Shown here: positions 58,579 to 64,000 of the stretch, piece after piece | How positions within the stretch are numbered: position 1 is the first letter of the stretch | Layout of the letters: every line of letters begins with the position of its first letter | Assembly: GCA_964647665.1 (NCBI GenBank) | Contig: CAZYIX010000002.1 | Location: forward strand, 120,722-184,721 | Length of the DNA: 64,000 nucleotides | Origin: an uncultured Candidatus Poseidoniales archaeon | GTDB lineage: Archaea > Thermoplasmatota > Poseidoniia > Poseidoniales > Thalassarchaeaceae | Direction: 5' to 3' | Notes under the pieces: model-generated | Seen by the model: only the letters and a program-made list of their open reading frames with translations | The model's database searches: none | Told to the model about the DNA's origin: nothing | Translations under genes and position numbers: made by a program

Positions 58579-59250
58579 TTGCGTAGTAAAACAATTTTGG
58601 TTATTCTTCTGACCATGCTCATGCTATCTACCAACGCGCTCTCTGGGTGTCTCTCCAATGACACCACTCCACCAGATGTATTCCATGGTGAGGACATAAT
58701 GGGTGGAGATACAGAGTATTTGGTCCCTGCATTTACCCTATCATCCCATGATGGAACTACCGTCAATCTATCTGACTATGAGGGGAAGGTTGTCATTGTC
58801 TCCTTTGTTTACACCCGATGCCCAGATGTTTGTCCCGCCGTTTCAGCCAGCCTGGCATGGACGCTTGAGGCACTAGGCGGAAATTACGGAGAAGATGTGG
58901 CAATTCTCAGCATCACAGTTGACCCCTGGTTTGATTCCGAAACGGTGCTCAACGACTATGCTGTGGGCCGAAATCTTTCGTGGCCGCATCTCCGTGGAGA
59001 AGTGGAAGACCTAGAGCCAATCTGGGAATCATTCCACGTTGGGCTGCGCACCTATCTCAACGATTCTAACGAAGAGGATAATGGCACCGAAGGACGCAGT
59101 GCCGCAAGGCATCACCCCGACTATCTTGTCGACCATTCAACAGCGACAATTATCATCGACAGAAATCACATTCAGAGGGTGTTCTGGGGCGACCAAGATT
59201 GGGTTCCTGAACTGTTCCTGGATGATGTTCATGCGCTTATTGCTGAATAA
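58579..59250 (+). CDS. SCO1/SenC-family copper chaperone lipoprotein
   Basis: Lipobox LSGCL; FTL..G..V.LSDYEGK, FVYTRCPDVCP (CxxxC), ITVDP..D, VDHS. Confidence 0.92.
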   Translation: MRSKTILVILLTMLMLSTNALSGCLSNDTTPPDVFHGEDIMGGDTEYLVPAFTLSSHDGTTVNLSDYEGKVVIVSFVYTRCPDVCPAVSASLAWTLEALGGNYGEDVAILSITVDPWFDSETVLNDYAVGRNLSWPHLRGEVEDLEPIWESFHVGLRTYLNDSNEEDNGTEGRSAARHHPDYLVDHSTATIIIDRNHIQRVFWGDQDWVPELFLDDVHALIAE

Positions 59251-59255
59251 TACAA

Positions 59256-62126
59256 TCAGAGTCCAAGGTGGCTCTTCGCTGCTGCAAGTGCGTCAGGGAT
59301 TCCGTCACCATTTGAGCCACCACCCTGTGCAAATGTTGGCTTTCCACCTCCGCCACCACCGATGTGACTAGCAATGGCGTTCAAAATCGTAGTTGCATCG
59401 TGACGTTCAGATGCGATTGTGTCTTCGGTAAGTGCGATGATGAGTTTGCCTCCACCATCTCGGCTTCCTACAACTGCACAGGTTGGTTTGGATTCGTCGA
59501 GCGTCAATTCACCCACCATCTTCTGTATCGACTTGAGGTCGCCTGTGGCTTCGATTACAACATAGCGAATTCCGTCCTTTTCAACCGCTTCATCACCGCC
59601 ACCACTGGTTCGCAATCGGACGATTTCCGCTTCAAGGCTCTCAATCTGTTTCTGCTGCGATTTCCACTCATCAAAGAAGCGAGTGACGGCCCTAGGAAGG
59701 TCATCTGGCTGCACGCCAAGGGCATCTGCTGCTTCACTCAGTAGTCGCTCTTGGCGACGGGCATGCTCCCTCGCTGTCTCTCCGGCCACGATTTGCAGAC
59801 GTTCCACCCCGTCTTGGACTTGACTAGAGCGAATGATGCGAACCTCGCCAATTTGACCCACTTCGTCGTGATGCGTTCCTCCGCATGCCTGCACATCGTG
59901 GTCGCCAATGCGAATAACCCGAATCTCGGTATGTTTTGGTGCGCCACCTTGGTACAAGTTGAGCCCAAAACGCTGGTCGGCTTCGGCCCGGGACAAAACA
60001 AGTTTCTCGACACTGGCATTTGCCGCAACAATCTCGTTAGCGTGGTCCTCAATTGCATCAAGATGGTCGCGATTCAGCCGACTGTGGTGGGTGACGTCCA
60101 AGCGAGCGTAGCGCTCACCCTTGTTGGAACCAGCCTGCCAGATGTGAGCTCCAAGTAATTTACGAGCAGAACCACCAATGATGTGAACCGATGTGTGGTG
60201 ATCCATCAACTGCTTGCGGCGTTCCCAATCGATTTCGCCGCTGACCCCCGATGATTCAAGGTGCCCATCGGTGAGATGCACAATCACTTCTCCCTCTATG
60301 CGGGCATCGAAAACTTTCACCGAGTGACCGTTCTGTGAGAGTTGTCCTGCATCGGCGAGTTGACCCCCACCTTCAGGATAGAATAGAGTTGAATCGAGTA
60401 CGACAGCATGGGTGGGCTCACCCATCACCTCACTTGACAGGTTCAAAGTGGCGATGTCCTCGGCAGTGAGTTGGTGAGAATGCAGAACTGTCGCCTCAAA
60501 TGAGGTGGCAGCAGTATCGGCGTAGTAATCGAGGGAAGTAGCAGGCAAATCTGCTCCGTTGAGTAGCGAATGTACGCTAGCAGTTTGAGCGGCAGCCTTG
60601 GTAGCAGCGGCATTCCTTGCCGCCATATCCGCAGCAAATCCGACTCGCAGTGACAGGTTAGGCCAACCCATTTCCTTAGCCATGGCCACCGTCATATCAG
60701 GTTGAAGGCCACGTTCCTCAGCCAGCCGAAACAATATCTCGTCTGGAATATCAGATGCATCACTACCCACATCATTCAGAGCTGTACCGACTGCGGCCTC
60801 ACCCTTCCGCATCATCTCATGATATCGAGCCTCTTCAAGGGAGAGAATCTCCAGAATTCCCTCGCGACTCTGTGCGAAGGTGGAGATATCGAGATTGACA
60901 TCCAAGTGGTGGACACCCAACTCAGCGAGGCTAATGCCAATCCCCAACTCGTCTTTCATCCGACACACTCGGCGAGCGAGCATCCTGACTAGATAGCCAG
61001 ATTTGGCGTTGCTTGGAACCATTGCATCACCCAACATATTGCACAAAGCATGCATGTGGTCAGGAATGGCATAGATGGATGAAAGCGGCTCAGTCACCTG
61101 TTTCAGTCCATCAATAGTGACTTTTACACCCCTGTCCGCAAGCCGCTCAACCAGTCGGGTGTACAGTGATGAGACATCGGTGCCAACATCGATGTTCAGT
61201 ATACCTGCGAGTCGAGACAATTCTGAGAGAAGGGAAGTAACGTCAACCTCACCAAGAGATTTGAGGCGCTTATCAAAATCGCACAGCGATTTCAGCCACT
61301 CAACACTTTCTGGATAAATCGCTTCGTAAATGGTTGGTGTGCCAGCAGCAGCCCAGCAAAATCGCTCTAGACCGTAGCCGGTGTCAATTATCTGCAACGG
61401 CATTTTTGTGTAGCACAGACCCTTGATTTCCACTTCACCCTCTGGATGCTCTTGCAAATTCATGAACACCAGAGTGGCTAACTCAAGCCCGCCGACGATA
61501 ACCTCGACGGCTGGGCCGGCATTGCCGCCGCCAGACCACGGACTCTCAACATAGGTAATCTCCAGTGGGTCGATTGCGAGGGAGTCGACAAGTAGAGAAT
61601 CACATAGTCGCACACACTCATCAATCCAATACACTACCTCATCGTCATCTGGTCGGTTGAAACAGTGGTGAGCCATCATCTCAAAGGTGGTTAGATGTCG
61701 ACCAGAACGCCCTACTGCGGCGACATCAGTCAGCCTAATACAAGGTTGCGAGATTGTCAAGGGATTGGCTGGAGCCGGAACCTTCCCCGATGTGACATGA
61801 GGTTGGAAAACTGCGATACTCGCAATGGTCAGATGGATGTCATCACGCCATCTTGCCACCACTGGATAGGGCGCTACCCGTTGGTGCTGATGTTGCTCAA
61901 AGAATGTGAGGAATGATTCGCGCATCGCATCCTTGAGAGACTTTCCTCGCTGAGAATACCCCTCAATGATTGGATTTCCGATGAAAGTGTACTCGTCCTC
62001 GACAGTGTCGCCACAGGTGTCCCTATCCGCATCCCTAGTCCAGAATCGCTGTCCAGTCACTCGACAAATTGCTAGACGGAAACCGGCCTTTGCGAAGAAC
62101 GGGATATCTATCTCTCCGAAGGCCAT
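59256..62126 (-). CDS. alaS: Alanine--tRNA ligase (archaeal type)
   Basis: YPVVARWRDDIHLTIASI, QPCIRL..VGRSGRHLTTFEM, IDTGYGLER, FYPEGGGQ, HHTSVH, QACGGTH, GGGGGKP.FAQGGG. Confidence 0.97.
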   Translation of the reverse strand: MAFGEIDIPFFAKAGFRLAICRVTGQRFWTRDADRDTCGDTVEDEYTFIGNPIIEGYSQRGKSLKDAMRESFLTFFEQHQHQRVAPYPVVARWRDDIHLTIASIAVFQPHVTSGKVPAPANPLTISQPCIRLTDVAAVGRSGRHLTTFEMMAHHCFNRPDDDEVVYWIDECVRLCDSLLVDSLAIDPLEITYVESPWSGGGNAGPAVEVIVGGLELATLVFMNLQEHPEGEVEIKGLCYTKMPLQIIDTGYGLERFCWAAAGTPTIYEAIYPESVEWLKSLCDFDKRLKSLGEVDVTSLLSELSRLAGILNIDVGTDVSSLYTRLVERLADRGVKVTIDGLKQVTEPLSSIYAIPDHMHALCNMLGDAMVPSNAKSGYLVRMLARRVCRMKDELGIGISLAELGVHHLDVNLDISTFAQSREGILEILSLEEARYHEMMRKGEAAVGTALNDVGSDASDIPDEILFRLAEERGLQPDMTVAMAKEMGWPNLSLRVGFAADMAARNAAATKAAAQTASVHSLLNGADLPATSLDYYADTAATSFEATVLHSHQLTAEDIATLNLSSEVMGEPTHAVVLDSTLFYPEGGGQLADAGQLSQNGHSVKVFDARIEGEVIVHLTDGHLESSGVSGEIDWERRKQLMDHHTSVHIIGGSARKLLGAHIWQAGSNKGERYARLDVTHHSRLNRDHLDAIEDHANEIVAANASVEKLVLSRAEADQRFGLNLYQGGAPKHTEIRVIRIGDHDVQACGGTHHDEVGQIGEVRIIRSSQVQDGVERLQIVAGETAREHARRQERLLSEAADALGVQPDDLPRAVTRFFDEWKSQQKQIESLEAEIVRLRTSGGGDEAVEKDGIRYVVIEATGDLKSIQKMVGELTLDESKPTCAVVGSRDGGGKLIIALTEDTIASERHDATTILNAIASHIGGGGGGKPTFAQGGGSNGDGIPDALAAAKSHLGL

Positions 62127-62246
62127 GGATGTCCCTAAATTGAGTCGAGACGCACTCGATTCTTGAAATCCACTGTATGCGCCCATAGGGCGCAGCCGAT
62201 ATGTCGAGTGCGAAATCAACTTCAAAGCAAAGCCACACCGGCGGTC

Positions 62247-63725
62247 GTGAACGACGAGGGCGCGGCGTGGAAACAACACGTCGAAAACGATGCTGAGTGC
62301 ATCAAGAGAATCAGAAAACACGGTTCTATGAGAGCAGATGCTCTGCTGGTAACCGATGATGCGCACTGGAATACTCACAGCGATGACCGCTCGCCTGGCC
62401 AATTGGTGAATACCGCGTCACTTCCCGGCATTGTAGGGGAAGCATGGGCGATGGCAGACTGGCATTTCGGCTACGGCTTCCCAATAGGAGGAGTGGTTGC
62501 AACCGACATCGAGAATGGCGGTGTAATCTCACCGGGTGGAGTCGGATTCGACATCAACTGCGGCGTCAGGCTATGTGCAACTGAACTCGATGTCGCCGAT
62601 ATCCGCGATCTGAAGGGTTTAGCGAGTCGACTAGCCGGTCGTATTCCTGCTGGAGCTTCTGGCAAGGGCGGCGTTAGCCTTGATGCAACTGGATTGGAGG
62701 CGATTCTTGCAGAAGGTGCCGCCGCAGCAATCGAAATGGGCTACGGCGAGGCAAGAGACCTAGCTACCATCGAGAGTAACGGATTGCTGGAAGGTGATGA
62801 GCGAGGACTTTCGGAACGTGCACAGAAGCGAGGGATGAAGGCTCTTGGAACACTTGGTTCTGGCAACCATTTCCTAGAATTGCAAGTCGTTGATCGTGTA
62901 GTGGATGAACAAGCCGCGAAATCCTTCGGACTGCGAGAAGGGCAAGTTACAGCAATGATTCACACAGGTAGCCGTGGCCTTGGACATCAGGTATGTACCG
63001 ACCATGTCGGAGACATCGAGAAGCGCTATCGTGGCCATGGCACTAGTTGGACTTGTGAGGAGTGGGACATCACTCTACCCGACCGCCAACTCGCAGCCGC
63101 TCCATTCCATAGCCGACAGGGCCAGGCCTACTTCGAAGCGATGCAGGCTGCTGGCAACTATGCATTTGCAAATCGCTCCGCACTGACTCAAAGGCTGAGA
63201 GAAGGTCTGCGCGCCCATCTCGGAGCGGCTGATTGTGACCTACGCTTGGTCTACGATGTCTGTCATAACATCGCGAAAATCGAGGAACATGTGGTTCACG
63301 GTGTGTCGTGCACCTGCTGCGTACACCGCAAGGGTGCCACACGGGCCCTAGGTGGCGACCATCCTGAACTAACATCGACATTCAGTGGAATTGGTCAGCC
63401 GGTGCTCATTCCCGGTGACATGGGCACCGCATCTTGGGTTCTCGCTGGCCCTGAAAGCGGCGGCAATCGGGCCTTCTCATCCTCATGCCATGGTGCCGGA
63501 CGGGCACTCTCAAGAAGTGCCGCTCGAAAGCAAGTCGATGGGAAGGCTCTCGCTGAAAGGCTCGATGCGGATGGAATCTATGTCCATGCAAAGACACCAA
63601 ATGTGCTCAGTGAGGAGGCACCTGAGGCTTACAAGGACGTAGATGAAGTCATCAGATTGACGGCAGGGGCGGGTCTTGCTCGACCGGTGGCGCGATTGAA
63701 ACCTATCGCCGTCATCAAAGGCTGA
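62247..63725 (+). CDS. rtcB: tRNA-splicing ligase RtcB
   Basis: MADWHFGYGFPIG, DINCG, GSGNHFLE, HTGSRG, HNIAK, HRKGAT, PGDMG, SSCHGAGR, EEAPEAYKD; GTG start inferred. Confidence 0.96.
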   Translation: MNDEGAAWKQHVENDAECIKRIRKHGSMRADALLVTDDAHWNTHSDDRSPGQLVNTASLPGIVGEAWAMADWHFGYGFPIGGVVATDIENGGVISPGGVGFDINCGVRLCATELDVADIRDLKGLASRLAGRIPAGASGKGGVSLDATGLEAILAEGAAAAIEMGYGEARDLATIESNGLLEGDERGLSERAQKRGMKALGTLGSGNHFLELQVVDRVVDEQAAKSFGLREGQVTAMIHTGSRGLGHQVCTDHVGDIEKRYRGHGTSWTCEEWDITLPDRQLAAAPFHSRQGQAYFEAMQAAGNYAFANRSALTQRLREGLRAHLGAADCDLRLVYDVCHNIAKIEEHVVHGVSCTCCVHRKGATRALGGDHPELTSTFSGIGQPVLIPGDMGTASWVLAGPESGGNRAFSSSCHGAGRALSRSAARKQVDGKALAERLDADGIYVHAKTPNVLSEEAPEAYKDVDEVIRLTAGAGLARPVARLKPIAVIKG

Positions 63726-63747
63726 GGCCGCTCAATTTCACCACGAC

Positions 63748-63939
63748 TCATGTGGTGTTTTCTTGGTTCTCTGAACTTCGGGAGTTGATGTGTCGCCGAC
63801 TAATTTTGACGACCATCACCCACCAAAGGAGTTCTAGAACTACCAAAGCGAGGGCCATCCCCCAGCCAAACCCTGATTCGACTTGATTGAGTCCTGTCGA
63901 ACCAGATGCCGTGTTCCATGCCTCTACCATGCTAAACAT
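63748..63939 (-). CDS. Small single-TM hypothetical protein
   Basis: 63 aa with one clear TM (GWGMALALVVLELLWWVMVV); AAGGA upstream; in-frame stop just upstream of the ATG. Confidence 0.45.
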   Translation of the reverse strand: MFSMVEAWNTASGSTGLNQVESGFGWGMALALVVLELLWWVMVVKISRRHINSRSSENQENTT

Positions 63940-64000
63940 TGTCTTTCCTTCATTTTACGTCACATCGATATCCCCGGGCGAGTGCCGCCAGGGGGTGTTG

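Noticed and set aside
62127..62402. Apparent head-to-head overlap of alaS and rtcB
   Set aside because: The likely starts (62126 and ~62247) leave a normal divergent spacer.

Overview
Gene-dense archaeal chromosomal window, most consistent with Marine Group II Euryarchaeota (Ca. Poseidoniales). This assignment is inferred from the archaeal-type AlaRS, archease, EndA, RtcB, geranylgeranyl reductase and archaeal SRP RNA, together with many acidic DxDxDG-rich surface proteins. Housekeeping content: valS (partial and missing from the ORF track), topA, pyrD/pyrK, pepP, mqnC, pntAA/AB/B, mdh, alaS, rtcB, archease, endA, ccmE and SRP RNA. I found no integrase, transposase, CRISPR array, rRNA or tRNA. 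The best candidate for an undescribed system is a five-gene, probably copper-related, membrane-anchored cluster at 53.4-59.3 kb. It contains two paralogous His-decorated LVIVD beta-propellers, two paralogous cupredoxin-like proteins that lack the type-1 Cu site but share a predicted N-terminal His plus D-x-H, and an SCO1/SenC lipoprotein. Other points of interest: a TatC homologue fused to a Cys-rich HdrA-N-like domain, a PNGase F-like lipoprotein, a lysine-less biotinyl/lipoyl-like insert in a Ca-binding surface protein, a CXCH Reeler-type protein, and a structured topA leader. All family assignments come from motif recognition by eye; no database searches were run.
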